Assembly (NCBI GenBank): GCA_013416795.1 | Contig: RQSC01000017.1 | Location: 41,576-105,575 of the forward strand | DNA length: 64,000 bases | DNA from: Prasinococcaceae sp. CCMP 1430 | Lineage: Eukaryota > Plantae > Prasinodermophyta | Direction: 5' to 3' | Part shown: piece after piece, positions 32,079 through 43,157 of the stretch | How positions within the stretch are numbered: the first letter of the stretch is position 1 | Layout: the number at the start of each line of letters is the position of its first letter | The notes under the pieces: generated by a model | Told to the model about the DNA's origin: nothing | The model's database searches: none | Seen by the model: the letters and a program-made list of their open reading frames with translations, nothing else | Program-made: the position numbers and the translations under genes

Positions 32079-34761
32079 TCAGCTCTTGAGGAAACCCGCC
32101 GCCTCGAGCTCGAGTCTGCGCAGGCCTGCCTCGCCGGGCGCCTCGAGGCCCACCCCAGCGATCCCAGTGCAATTGGCGCCGACCGGCACGAGCTTCCGTG
32201 GCTTGCGCTTGGACTCGGCAATAGCGCGCGCCAGCTCGCGTGTCGCCGCGTTTGGACCACGCCTGCCCGTCAGACTGAAGCCGAGCTCGCCAGTGAGCGC
32301 GCTCAGCACCGCCGACGCGCTCTCCTGTTTCCGAAGCACCTCCAATTGATGCCGCCGCATTGAAAGGAAGATCGGAACACTGTGCCCTGCGTGCTGCTCG
32401 CCGGCCGCGGACGTGGCGCCACCCACGTCAAACGACATCTGCGCCACACCGCCCAGGCTCGCGGCATCGATTCTGCCGTCATTCTCCGCGCCGCTCGCGT
32501 CTGCACTCGAGCGTCCACCGCCGTCAGCGTCCGTCTGCTGCCCAGCCCAACCTCCCGCGCCGGCGCTGGGATCCTTGCTCTCAGGCAGCATAACACGCGC
32601 AAGCACGAGCGCCTCCCCGGCGTCGGATTCGCCGTCGTAGTCGACCACGGCAGCGACATTGTGAAACGCCACGTCCGGCTGACGGAGCGCATCCGCCAGC
32701 AGGGTAGACAGCGTCAGTGCATCGGGCAGAAGCTCCTCGGGCGGCGCCGCTCCCGTGCGCCCCAGTGCCTTCTCCTTTGTCACGTGCTGCTCCTTGCGCC
32801 GCCGGGAAGGGTCGAGGGTGAGCGCGACGTTCGCGGCCTCACGCAGCCCGGATAGGAAGGCGCCGTGCATCGTCGCGGGGTGCTGCCGGCACGTGGCCTC
32901 GCCAGCGAAGAAAAGGCGTTCGTTCTGCGGTTCAGCCATGGTGTCGTAGTCCTCGCCGCTGGAGCCCGCGGCGACGTGCGAGTAGCTGCCGCGGGCGTAC
33001 GGGTCGGCTCCCCAGCGCGTGCATATCGCCTGCAAGGGCTGCGGCACTGCGACGCCCCTGGGTTCGAAGATGCCCTTTAGCTTGGCCATGACCTTGGCCA
33101 CCGCCTCCGCCGGGGCAATGTTCTCGAAGGCCTGTGCGGCCTCGCCTGCCACCAGGCCGATGAGCAGCGCTCCCCCCGAGATGCGCGCGTACGAGTAGAA
33201 CAAGAAATACATGCCGCGCTCGGCCGCCGCTCGGTTGAGGCTGCCGAAGGTGTCGACGGCCTCGCCCCAAAATGCGTACGGGAAGAGCAGTGCGCACTTG
33301 TTGAGCAGCCCGAAGCCCAGGCGCTCGATGGCGCCCTGCTTCCTCGCCGGCAGAGGCGGGTCAAACGCCACGGTCCCCGCCTTCAGCACGCCGAGCGGCA
33401 GCGTGATCACGGCCGCATCCGCCTTAAAGCTGCGCCCATCCACGGTCTCGATCTCGACGCCATCGGCGACCGTGTGCCTCACAACCTTGGCTTTGGCGCT
33501 GTACACGATGGGCACGTCCTTCGCGAGCTCCCTGACAATGCGGAAGTTGCCGCCGGGCAGCAGGCTGTGCGTGCCCGTGAAGTCAAAGGGATCGTCCTGA
33601 TCCCAGTGCAAAAGGCTGAGCTGGTTCAGCTCGGCGGCATTCGCGTACTCCAGGTTGGCGTGGTGCCAGTTGAGGAGCGAGCGCTCGAGTGGCACCTCAC
33701 ACACGCCCGCCGCGGCGCGCGCGGCCTCGATGGCCGACCCCAGCCGCACATGGCCCGCGGCGCCCTTGAGCGGCCCCGCTTTACGCGAGGCGTCTGTGGC
33801 GTCAAGGAGGCCGTTGAAATCCTTGAACACCTTGGCGTCCAGCTCAGATGGCACCGGCCTGCCGTCGGGGCAATACAGAGGGCACACGTCGGCGATGTCG
33901 TGGAGCGGCACCTCCATCTGGCGCGCGACAACCGCCAGCGGGTTGCCATCGCAGCCCGTGATGACAGAGCCGCCCAGCTCGGCGGCGGCCTGCCTGCCAC
34001 CCGCGCGAAGCATCTTAGTGTGCACGCGCCCGCCAGGCCGCTTGCGCGCCTCGAGCACGAGCACGTTGTGGCCGCTCGCGAGCAGCTGCCGCGCGGCGGC
34101 GAGGCCCGCCATCCCCGCGCCGAGTACCACTACGGCGCGGCCATCGCGCGAGGCGTTGCGCACGGGATGGGCGACGTCTGCTGCCACGCCAAAGTTGATG
34201 TACCCGTGGCGAGTGAGGTACGCGTGCGCTGCAGCCACCAGCGGCTTGTGCTTCGCCTGGATGTACTCGCAGGCATCCTCGACCGCAAGCCACACGTGCG
34301 GGTTGGCGCGCCAGCGTGCGTGTACGTGGTTGCGCACCGCACAGTACATCGGCCAGTCGGCCTGCGCGGGCAGCCAGTCGCGCTCCTCCGCCGCCGCCTC
34401 GAACGGGTTTAGCCCGACCATCTCGGCGTTGCGCTGCTCAAAGTCCTCGGCACTGCCGTCGAAGTCGCGCGGCACCCACCGCTCACGCCGCCTCGACGCG
34501 CGCGCCCTTGCCTCCCTCTCCTGCTCCTCGATCTCCATCTCGGCCTCGTCGTCGTCGAACGCGTACGAAACCACCCGCGTCGCGCGCCGCCGGCGTTTGC
34601 CGCCCGCCATGCCGCCCTCGTCCCCACCAGTGGCTTCCACCGCAGCCCCTCCACGCTCATCCTCCAGGCCCGGGCTGGAGCGCGCACGCTTCGCGGCGGG
34701 CTGCTCTGGCGCGTCGTCCGCCGCGCCGTCGGCGCCCGCCGCGCCCACGTCTGCGCCCGCG
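32079..34761 (-). CDS. Lysine-specific histone demethylase LSD1/LDL/FLD-like (SWIRM + FAD amine oxidase); 5' end lost at n 34762
   Basis: SWIRM YCAVRNHVHARW..AHAYLTRHGYINFG; VVVLGAGMAGLAAARQL..LEARKRPGGRV; AELGGSVITG; LNWHHANLEYANA; WDQDD; TLPLGVLK; RGSYSHV; FFAGEAT..HPATMHGAFLSGLREA. Confidence 0.95.
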
Positions 34762-34762
34762 N

Positions 34763-35160
34763 CGCCCCCGGACAGGACGCGGCGGCGGTGGCCCTCATCC
34801 CGGCGCCGGAGAACTGCGCGCACTGCTTGAACCGCGGCTCCGACCAGTTCGGCTCGGGCATCTGCGGCATCACCCAGGTGGAGAAGACCGTGTACGACGT
34901 GCCCAAGAACTGGGAGGGACAGCCGCTGCCCTTCCGCCCCCAGGCGCACTACGAGGAGGGCGCCGTGATCACCGTCAAGTCCCGCCTGACCGCCCACCAC
35001 CAGGGCCACTTCGAGATGTTCGCCTGCGCCGACCTCAGCCCCTCGCAGGGGTGCTTCGCGGCTCACCCGCTCGAGTTCGTGAGCGACGAGCTGTACGGCG
35101 CTCCCAAGGACCCCAACCACCCGGGCCGCGCGTACGTGGCGCCCAACACCGGCCAGGCGG
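34763..35160 (+). CDS. Fragment of a lytic polysaccharide monooxygenase-like (AA10/AA15, chitin-binding type 4) gene at a single-n join
   Basis: PENCAHCLNRG..GICG..YDVP..PQAHYEEGAVITVKSRLTAHHQGHFEMFAC..CFAAHPLEFV.D.LYGAPKDPNHPGRAY. No signal peptide or His1. C-ending codon bias differs from neighbours. Confidence 0.6.
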
Positions 35161-35384
35161 CGGCGGCGGCTTCGCGGCGGCGCCGACGACGGAGGGGCGT
35201 CCTGCGGCGCGGCGCTGCGCGGCGCGGCGCGGCCCCCTCAGGTGCTCGCTCGGTCATGAGGGCGGGGGTCGATAATCGCGTGCGCATCTGGGTGCGCATC
35301 TCCACTGACCCAGGTGCACCGCCGCGATGGTGCCGATGCGTGCGCCCCGCATTGCACGACGCCCATTTCTTGCGCCTCCCGCAG

Positions 35385-36338
35385 TACCGCCCGAAAACTC
35401 TGGACGAGGTCGCCGCGCACAAGGACATCATCGAGACGATCGAGCGCCTCACGGGGGAGGATCGCCTCCCGCACCTGCTGCTGTACGGTCCGCCAGGCAC
35501 GGGCAAGACGTCGACGATCCTCGCAGTCGCGCGCCAGCTCTATGGAGCCAACTATCAGAACATGACACTGGAGCTCAATGCATCCGACGACCGCAAGATC
35601 GACGTGGTGCGCAACCAGATCCAGGACTTCGCCTCGACTCGCCGCATCTTCTCCGCGGGCTTCAAGCTTATCATCCTGGACGAGGCCGACGCGATGTCGA
35701 AGGACGCGCAGTTCGCGCTTCGCCGAGTCATCGAGAGATACACAAAGAACACACGGTTCTGCTTGATCTGCAACCAGGTGTCGCGCATCATCCCTGCGCT
35801 GCAGTCTCGTTGCACGCGCTTCCGCTTCGCGCCGCTCCCCTCCGACCTCGTGCAGGCTCGCCTGGGCGAGATCTGCAAGGCAGAGGGCGCCGAGGCCGAT
35901 GAAGGTGGCCTGGCGGCGGTAGAGAGGGTCGCGGGGGGGGACATGCGCAAGGCACTTAATGTGCTGCAGGCGGCCGCGCTTGCAACACAGGGCGGGACGA
36001 TCGACGCGGACGCCGTGTACAATTGCACAGGCAACCCGCTCCCATCTGACGTGCAGGGGGCGGTGCACACGCTGCTGAACGACAAGCTGCCGGACGCGTT
36101 CGCCAAGTTGCAGGCGCTCAAGTCAGACAAGGGCCTCGCGCTGGCCGACATCGTCCGGGAGGTACACATGAGCCTGTGGTCGCTGGCTCTGCCGGGGGAT
36201 GTGCGCAGCGACCTGGTGATGGCGCTCGCAGACGTGGAGCATGCGCTGGCGGCGGGTGCCTCGGACAAGATGCAGCTGGGCGCGCTCTGCGGGGCATTTA
36301 CCAAGGCGCGCGCGGCAACTGTCGCTGCCAAGCAGTAA
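35385..36338 (+). CDS. RFC5: Replication factor C small subunit (human RFC5 / yeast Rfc3 type); first exon (PWVEK) not found
   Basis: cgcag|YRPKTLDEV, LPHLLLYGPPGTGKTST, LELNASDDR, LIILDEADAM, AQFALRRVIE, SRCTRFRF, GGDMRKALN. Confidence 0.92.
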   Translation, partial: YRPKTLDEVAAHKDIIETIERLTGEDRLPHLLLYGPPGTGKTSTILAVARQLYGANYQNMTLELNASDDRKIDVVRNQIQDFASTRRIFSAGFKLIILDEADAMSKDAQFALRRVIERYTKNTRFCLICNQVSRIIPALQSRCTRFRFAPLPSDLVQARLGEICKAEGAEADEGGLAAVERVAGGDMRKALNVLQAAALATQGGTIDADAVYNCTGNPLPSDVQGAVHTLLNDKLPDAFAKLQALKSDKGLALADIVREVHMSLWSLALPGDVRSDLVMALADVEHALAAGASDKMQLGALCGAFTKARAATVAAKQ

Positions 36339-36451
36339 CACGACACAGCTGCAAAGCGCCCCTCGGCGCGCCTCACGGATGTGGTGGCAGCCTGTCCCTG
36401 AGGCACTCTTACACGCCCGCGCGCGGCCTTTGGCGAGCGAGGAGGTCCGGC

Positions 36452-38579
36452 TCACCCGGCGGCCTCATCGGCTGCATGCCATGCGCAGACCCACCTCACG
36501 CTGCCGTCCTCCTCGTTGCACACGGGCACGTGCCACGTAGCGCCATCACGCGCCACTTGCATGCACTCCGTGTACGGCTTGGGATTGTGCAGGTTGCATC
36601 CCAGCCTGTTGTCCTTTGTGTTCTTGCCATCGAAGTCATACTTGACCTGGTGGCGCGCGCGGTAGCGCAAGAACTCGCGCGGGCGAAGCATCTGGAAGAG
36701 GTGGTCGCGCATTTGATCGTTGCTCACGAGAAGCCCCGACTCGCCTCTGATCGCGGCGGCGTACAGCCAGTACCAGTCGTCGTTAGCTCCGCGCGGCGTG
36801 GCGAAGAGCGAGCCCTGTTTCTTGAGCTTCCCCAACACGCGTCGCCCCTCCTCAGTGCGCATGGCGGTGGACACGCGCGACTCGTGAAGGATCACAAGCG
36901 GCGGCTGGCGCGCACTGGGGATCTGTTTGGCGGTCTCGGCCACGAGATTCTCGATTTGCCGACAGTTGAAGCCGCCGCCGGCAAAGTTCTGGTTGAAGAG
37001 CGCCACGTTGGCGCCGTCGATGATGATGTCGAAAGGACCGTGGTGCTACAGAGCGCGTGCGCGGTGTGCGCGTCGCCACCCGCACAGCTGCGTCAGCACT
37101 ATCGCGTGCATGCAGCGGCCAGCTCTGCGCCAGCACGCTCGCGGGCGAGTGAGCACATCAGAGAGATTCCCAATGTCGTATGGTCGTCATGGTTCTTCGG
37201 ATGTCCATATCTACTAAAATAAAAAGACAATCATCACCTGTGCTGCAGTGGCCGTGACAGGGCGGCGCACGCGAGAGGCGCGAGTCGCCCGCACGCACCT
37301 CGAGGAATTGCTTGAGTGCCGCCAGCTGCTCCGGATTGGATGCGCGCTTCTCCGCGAGGGCTTCCACTCTCGTACTGAATTCGGCATACTCAGCGTCGCT
37401 GAGGAACTTGGCCTCAAGCTGTGTGCCGCTGAAAGGGCACTTGCCCTCCGCGCTGAGCTCGACATCCTCACTCACACGCCATCCAGCGGACGCGCCTGCA
37501 GCCCCGCCGTCCTCCTGCCGCTGCGACGCTGGAGGCGCAGCCTCGCTTTCTGCTGGGGCGAGGTGTCGCGGGTGCGGCGCGCTCTCCCTGAACCAGCGTG
37601 CGAGCGCCTCCCCCTGCGGCGGCGTGAGCATTGACACGTCGTTGAGCAGCCGGTCGAGCAGCGGCCGCATGGCAGCGGTTCGATTGGCACCCGCGGCTGC
37701 GCGCAGCAGTGCGCAAAGCTCGAAGCCAGTGGCGGGCAGCTCCTCGACGGCCGAGGAGGCCATGTGCTCAACGAGTGCGACGGCCTCGTCGTACTCTCCC
37801 TCGTCGGCGAGCGCGTCGAGCGTGGTGGAATACGAGCGGTGTTTGGCCACCACGCGCGCGTCCGCCATCTCGCGTAGCAGTGCGACCGCACGCTTCAAAT
37901 CACCGCGCGTGACCGCCACGGACGCTGCGGCGGTGTACGCGGGCTCTGTCGGGGTGCTGATGGTGGACATGAAGTCAAAGACCTCCATCACGCGCTCCTG
38001 CGCGGCGTCCTGGCCGATGGTGCTTCCCACGAATTCCTCGGCGTCGGCCTTGTCCTTGGCCGCAGCAGCAGCGGCGGCTGCCGCGCTGATGTCAGTCGCT
38101 GCGTCGCCGACCGCCTCCGTGCGCAGCAGGAATAGCAGCGCGTCGAGTTCGTGCATAGCGATGGCCTCGCCAGCCGCGCGCCGGGAGTCGAAGAGCGCCA
38201 CCGCCGCGGCTGAGTCGCGGCGCTTCACCAGGACGCCAAAGTTCTCGCCCGCCGGCCGTCGCCGCCTTTTGCGACTCTTCTTCCCCCCCTCCTGCTGCTC
38301 CTGCGGGCGCTGTCGCTCCTGTGTGTTTTCCTGGGCCACGCTCGCTCCGGGGGCGCGCGGAGACGCCGTTCCCGCTCCGTTCATGTTGACGCCGGCCCCG
38401 CGCGCACTTCCGCCGTCCGCCGACACGCTCGCTGCGCACGCGGCGCGGCGCAGCTGAGCCCCGTGCCGCGCGCCGCGCGCCGAGTGAGCTACCCCTGTGG
38501 ACACCTGACAAGCCCCCCCCGCGCTCCACGCCCGGCGCACCGCACCCGTCACCCGTAGGCGCTTGACTCCACCGACCAT
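36452..38579 (-). CDS. PRORP: Protein-only RNase P (PPR + NYN nuclease), intron 37299-37046
   Basis: PPR-like helices (PTEPAYTAAAS.., AKHRSYSTTLDAL..), GKCPFSG, GPFDIIIDGANV, TPRGANDDWYWLYAA, LVSNDQMRDH, WHVP. Confidence 0.93.
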
Positions 38580-39294
38580 TTGCGCACGCGCTTGCCGTCG
38601 TACGCGCCCACGTCAAAACGCATTCAACCACGTCAAAACGCACGCAAACGGAAACTCCAACTCCGGGCGGGCCCCCCAATGTCAATTCGAAAGCCGACGC
38701 GACGGCCAGAAGACAAACCCTCATTACCCGTACCTAAATCTAGCCACATTTTCCCCGTGGTTGGGCGAAGCGGGTCCGACCCACGGCGCCAGCCGGTGCC
38801 CGCGAATGCGATTCGATACGAATCGATATGTGTCTTCCGGACGGTTTTCCGCCTGGGCGGCGGGCATGGCCTGGGAGCCGCGCGGCGCGCGCGAGTTTGG
38901 GTTGGGGTTCGCGGCCCGAAAGGGGGGGGGATGGCCGGCGCCGCAGATTTTCCGACCGGGTATTTCGCGCCGCGCGGTGGCCGCGGTTCCAGCCCGCGCG
39001 CGACCCTCCGCGCGCGAATTTGAAGCGGAAATCGCGCGCGGCCTCGCCAGGCGCGACGGCTGCGGCGGCTGCCACGCGCGCGACGCTGCCCGCGCGCATG
39101 CGTATGCCGTGCACGCGCGCGCGGGAGTGCGTGCGTGCGTGCCTGCGCGTCGGGGTAGAGGGGAAAGGGGGGGGAGGACGCGTGCGTCGGGCGCCACAAG
39201 ACGCGTCAGACAGGCATCGGGCCGGCTGGCCGAGCGGACAGCGCCAGGGGCAGCGGGCGCGCGCGCGCGCGTGTGTGCGGGGAGGCGCACAGCG

Positions 39295-39984
39295 ATGGCC
39301 GAGGAGGCGAAGCCCGTCGAGGTGGCCGAGGAGGCGAAGCCCATCGAGGTGGCGGAGGAGGCGAAGCCCGTCGAGGCGGCGGAGGAGGCGAAGCCCGTTG
39401 AGGCGGCGGAGGAGGCGAAGCCCGTCGAGGTGGCGGAGGCTCAGGCAAATGAGGAGGCAGAGGCGGCGGTGGAGGCGGAGCCCGCAGCGGCCGAGGGGGT
39501 GGAGGGCGAGAGGAAGGAGGAGGAGGTGAAGGACTTCGACGAGCCGGTGGCGCTCGGCTTCAAGACGTTCAAGAACGTGGTCGAGATGTATGAGTACTTC
39601 AACGACATCCTCAACGCCTCGACGCTCGACCAGGACCTCAACGAGTACGAGTACAAGGCTGTGGTCGACCTGCTGGAAAAGGGCCATGCGAGCGCCAAGG
39701 AAAAGATCGGCGGCGGCATTGAGAGCATCGCGGTCGTGTCGCACCCGGAGTGGGGCAGCCGTTGCTTCACGCTGACGCGCACTGATGGCTCCACGGAGGA
39801 CTTCTCCTACCGCAAGTCCATCGAGGGCTTCGGCAAGCTGCCCGAGGCGTTCAGCCTGAGCGCCAGTAGCAAGCGCAGGGCAGACGGCGGCGGGCACGGC
39901 GGTGGGCGGGGGCGCGGCAGGGGCCGCGGCGGCGGCCGCGGTGGACGAGGCGGCTTCAAAAAGCAGAAGGTCATGGAGCTCTAG
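39295..39984 (+). CDS. DUF3223 protein, DOMINO1/EMB514-like, with acidic repeats and RGG tail
   Basis: PVALGFKTF..EMYEYF..NEYEYKAVVDLLEKGH..EKIGGGIESI.V..HPEWGSRCFTL.R.DGSTEDFSYRK; C-terminal GGRGRGRGRGGGRGGRGG. Confidence 0.85.
   Translation: MAEEAKPVEVAEEAKPIEVAEEAKPVEAAEEAKPVEAAEEAKPVEVAEAQANEEAEAAVEAEPAAAEGVEGERKEEEVKDFDEPVALGFKTFKNVVEMYEYFNDILNASTLDQDLNEYEYKAVVDLLEKGHASAKEKIGGGIESIAVVSHPEWGSRCFTLTRTDGSTEDFSYRKSIEGFGKLPEAFSLSASSKRRADGGGHGGGRGRGRGRGGGRGGRGGFKKQKVMEL
39298..39439 (+). repeat. Coding 27-nt tandem repeat, about 5 copies (AEEAKPVEV/A)
   Basis: gc(c/g)gaggaggcgaagccc(g/a)t(c/t)gagg(t/c)g repeated head to tail with no spacers. Confidence 0.9.
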
Positions 39985-40279
39985 GCTCCGAGCTCGAGCT
40001 CAATGCAGCTGCCGCTGCTGCTGGAAACGCCGTAGATGCAGCTGCTGGCGACGCGTCCCTTCTGACCCTGGTCTCGAGCGGTGCGGGACTGAAGGTGGTG
40101 GTGGGCTGCTGCAAGGCGCGCTGCGCTTCGCGAGACGGGAAACACGCATGTATACGGCCACCCCAGCTATAAAGCGTACTCGCAGTGCCACAAGACGCGC
40201 ACGGTGGCGATCGCGGCGGCACCCACGCGCGCCGTTCGCAATCGCCACGAGTCAGTTTGAGTGCAACTGCAAGGCAGTC

Positions 40280-42547
40280 TTACTGCGCGGTACGAGCCTC
40301 GTATTCGGCCTTGCGCTGCTTCAAAAAGTCCTTGACCGCAACCTTGCACTCTTGGCTGAGGATGTCACCTCCGTTGGCAGCAACCACGCCGTCCAGTTCC
40401 GCCTCGGCGCGTGCGACTATTGCAGCGTCCGACGCGTTGTCACCGCCAGCGTACTTGCACACGATTTGGATGGCCTTCGCGCGCATTTTCGCGGCCTTGT
40501 CCACCTCGGAGGACGCCACACCGTCGGCCGCTCGGTCCCCCGCCGCGCCCGTGGCGGCGGTGCTGGTCGGGGCGACGCCCGCATCAGCATCCCCAGCGCC
40601 CCCAAGCGCCGCACCGGAGGTCACTTGCCCACCTGCTGCGGCAGCCTCGGGTGCGGGCTCAGCGTTTGCGGCAACGATCGGCGCTGGCGCGGGTTGCGCA
40701 TCGGTCATCTGTGCATCGCCTTCGCCCGCTCCGCCCTCAGCTGCGATAACCTCCATGCCCGCCTCGGCCATCTGCTCGTCCGCCTTGGGCGCGGGCACAG
40801 CCTCGGCGGAAAGTTGAGTGGCAACCGGCTCGGCCGCCGGCTCGGCCGCCGGCTCGGCCGCCGGCTCGGCCGCCGGCTCGGGAGGGAGCTCAGCCGAGCG
40901 CAGGAGCTGGATCCACTTGTTCTTGATCGATCCACACGCCGCAGCCACCTCAGCGAGCACCGGGACCTCCGATTTGGCCAACCTCGCAATAAACTTGGCC
41001 TTGACTCGTTTCAGGTCGTCAAGGCTCACCTCCGCACTCATTAAGCCGCCGACCTCCTCGGCCATGCCTTTGGCGATCTTGTCCTCGATCGAGTGCGCGT
41101 AGTTCAGCTTCGTGCGCGCCAATTCGCGCGCCTTGAGCGCCTTTTCGACGGCATCGTCGGCCTTAAGCAGCTTCGCCTGTGCCTGTGCGGTCTCCTCGAG
41201 TGCCTTGTCAAGGTTTTGCTGGTACTGGGCGAGTGTCTCCTTCGCTCGCACGAGAGCCTCCGCGTTCATTTTCCGCGGCTTGCCAGCGTCTACGCTTGCC
41301 ACAGTCGTCGTGGGCTTCCAGTCGTCCTTGGCCACGATGAGCACCTCCTTCATCGGCCGCGGCGCCGCAGGCTTGCGTGCACGCTTCTCTTTCGGAGGCG
41401 CGCCGCCGCCGTCGTCATCGTCGTCCGCCGCGCGCTTCTTGCCGCGCTTGCGTTTGGGCTTGGCATCCACATCCATGGCCTCCGCCTCCGCGGCGAGCGC
41501 AGCCTCGAACGCCTCCTCATCAGCACCATCTGCGGCAGTGCCAGCGGCGGCGTCTGCATCGTCGTCGTCTTCCGGGGCCGCTTCCACTCCAGCACCGGCC
41601 CGCCCGCGCGCACGCCGACTCCGGTTCTTTCGCATGGCCGCCAGCTCTGGATCCTCCTCCTCCTCTGCCTCCTCCTTGTAGACCGGGGCGGGCGCAGCGG
41701 GTGCCTCAGCAGCGGGCTCCAGCTTCTGCTTGCCCAGTTTGAGCTTGAGCTTGGTACCACCGCCCTCTTTTTTCGGCTCGGGCGCGGCTGGGCTCGCGGT
41801 GGCGGCGGCGCCGGCGCCCTCACCCTCGTCCTCTTCCGCGTCCGGTCCAAGCGCCCAAGGTTCGTAGGCAAGTCTGGCGTCCGCCACCTTCTGCTTGGCC
41901 TCATTCAGTGCGGCAAACCAGTCGTTCCATCTACCACCTTGCTTACCGCTGTACTTTGCCTCCATCGCCGCTTCGTTCGAGACGTACTTGAGGAGTTTGT
42001 CCTGGGTGTACCAGCCGTAGTAGTAGCTGTGCCCCTTCGGGTAGCCAAGGTGGACGACGAGCTTCTTTGTCTTTTGTTGTTTCATGTGAGGATGGTCGTC
42101 GGGATCCTCGACGATCGAAGGGTGCGGTGGCGCGCCTGTGCACGCGGTGCGATGTGCGGCGGGGACGATCGCGGCCACGCGAGCGAGCGGAGCGCACGTG
42201 GTGTCTTTACGTCAGCGCGCGCACGGCGGCGTGCAGCGAGCACGTCGCTTCAGCGCGTACCCGTAAGCGCGATCGCGATCGCAGGCGCTCTCTCTCACGG
42301 CACACGCGCCAGCCACGCGACATCGAACCACCCCTCTCCCTTTCAATCCCCCCCGCATCCTTCTGCGCGCGAGCGGGTGCGCCCAGCACTCTGCACCGTG
42401 CCCCCCTTCCCCGCTTCCCCCAGCGTTCGCTCGCGGCCGCGCGGCGGCCGCCGCACCTGGAAACTTGGCCCACACGACCTCGCCGACGCTCGCGTCGTAC
42501 TTGGGCGCCCCGCCCTTCTTCTTCATCTTTCCCTTCTTGGGAGGCAT
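40280..42547 (-). CDS. Lys/Glu/Ala-rich nuclear protein with degenerate PWWP/Tudor-like N-terminal domain (intron 42456-42136)
   Basis: Spliced N-terminus MPPKKGK..VGEVVWAKFPG|APPHPSIV..KLVVHLGYP..YGWYTQDKLLKY..WFAALNEA; NLS-like KRKRGKKR; coiled coil. Confidence 0.65.
40826..40881 (-). repeat. Coding 12-nt tandem repeat (EPAA x4.5)
   Basis: cggctcggccgc repeated on the + strand. Confidence 0.9.
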
Positions 42548-43157
42548 GGCGCCCGCGACCCCTGCCCAGTCCTCCGCCGCCCTCCCGACGCGCGCCCTGC
42601 GCACCCCTTCGGCTGCGGCGCCCGGCCCGCCCGCGCCGCCCGCGCCGCCCGGGCAGTAGGGCGCGCACGCCGCGCGCGCCGTGTGCCGCCCCGATCGTGC
42701 CGCACGCAAACAACGCCGACAACGAACCAGGTTGAGGTTTACCCTTGGTACAATGTTAAGTCGAGATTTTAGGTCTGTCATCGATGGTGTACGTACCAGC
42801 ATGATGGTAGATTATGTACGATGGTACAGCACTGTAAACCCTCTCTAGAATCGGGGGCGGAGCGGCGATTTGGGGTACGCCCCCCGGCGCGGCCGTGCCA
42901 GCATTCGGATCGGCGTGTGATGCGAACCCTGATGGGTGTATGCCATGCCAGTATGGGTGCGCTGTGTGTGAGGTGCGGTTCGCGCTGCGCCGCATTGGGG
43001 CGCGCGCCGCGAGCGCGCCTGGGGGAGGAGGCGCGCGGGCTGGTGGGCGGCGGCGGGCGAGGGCGGAGGGGGGGCAGCAGGTAGGGGACGCGCGCGCTGC
43101 AGCCGACACACTCAGCTGATCACACCGTGCGGCGCGCAGCACGCGCGATTGGGCGGG

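Noticed and set aside
34788-36338. 516-aa LPMO-RFC fusion protein as a real gene
   Set aside because: Starts at an n join, codon style changes, the junction is a (GGC)n tract, and RFC5 has its own intron acceptor at 35384; treated as a probable chimera.
39298-39439. 27-nt direct repeats as a CRISPR array
   Set aside because: Head-to-tail with no spacers, in frame within a CDS, eukaryotic context, no cas genes.
42660-43157. Possible ncRNA or tRNA in the larger intergenic spacers (also 24772-25354, 18959-19325)
   Set aside because: No cloverleaf, A/B boxes or recognisable snRNA/snoRNA motifs seen; cannot be excluded without an Infernal search.
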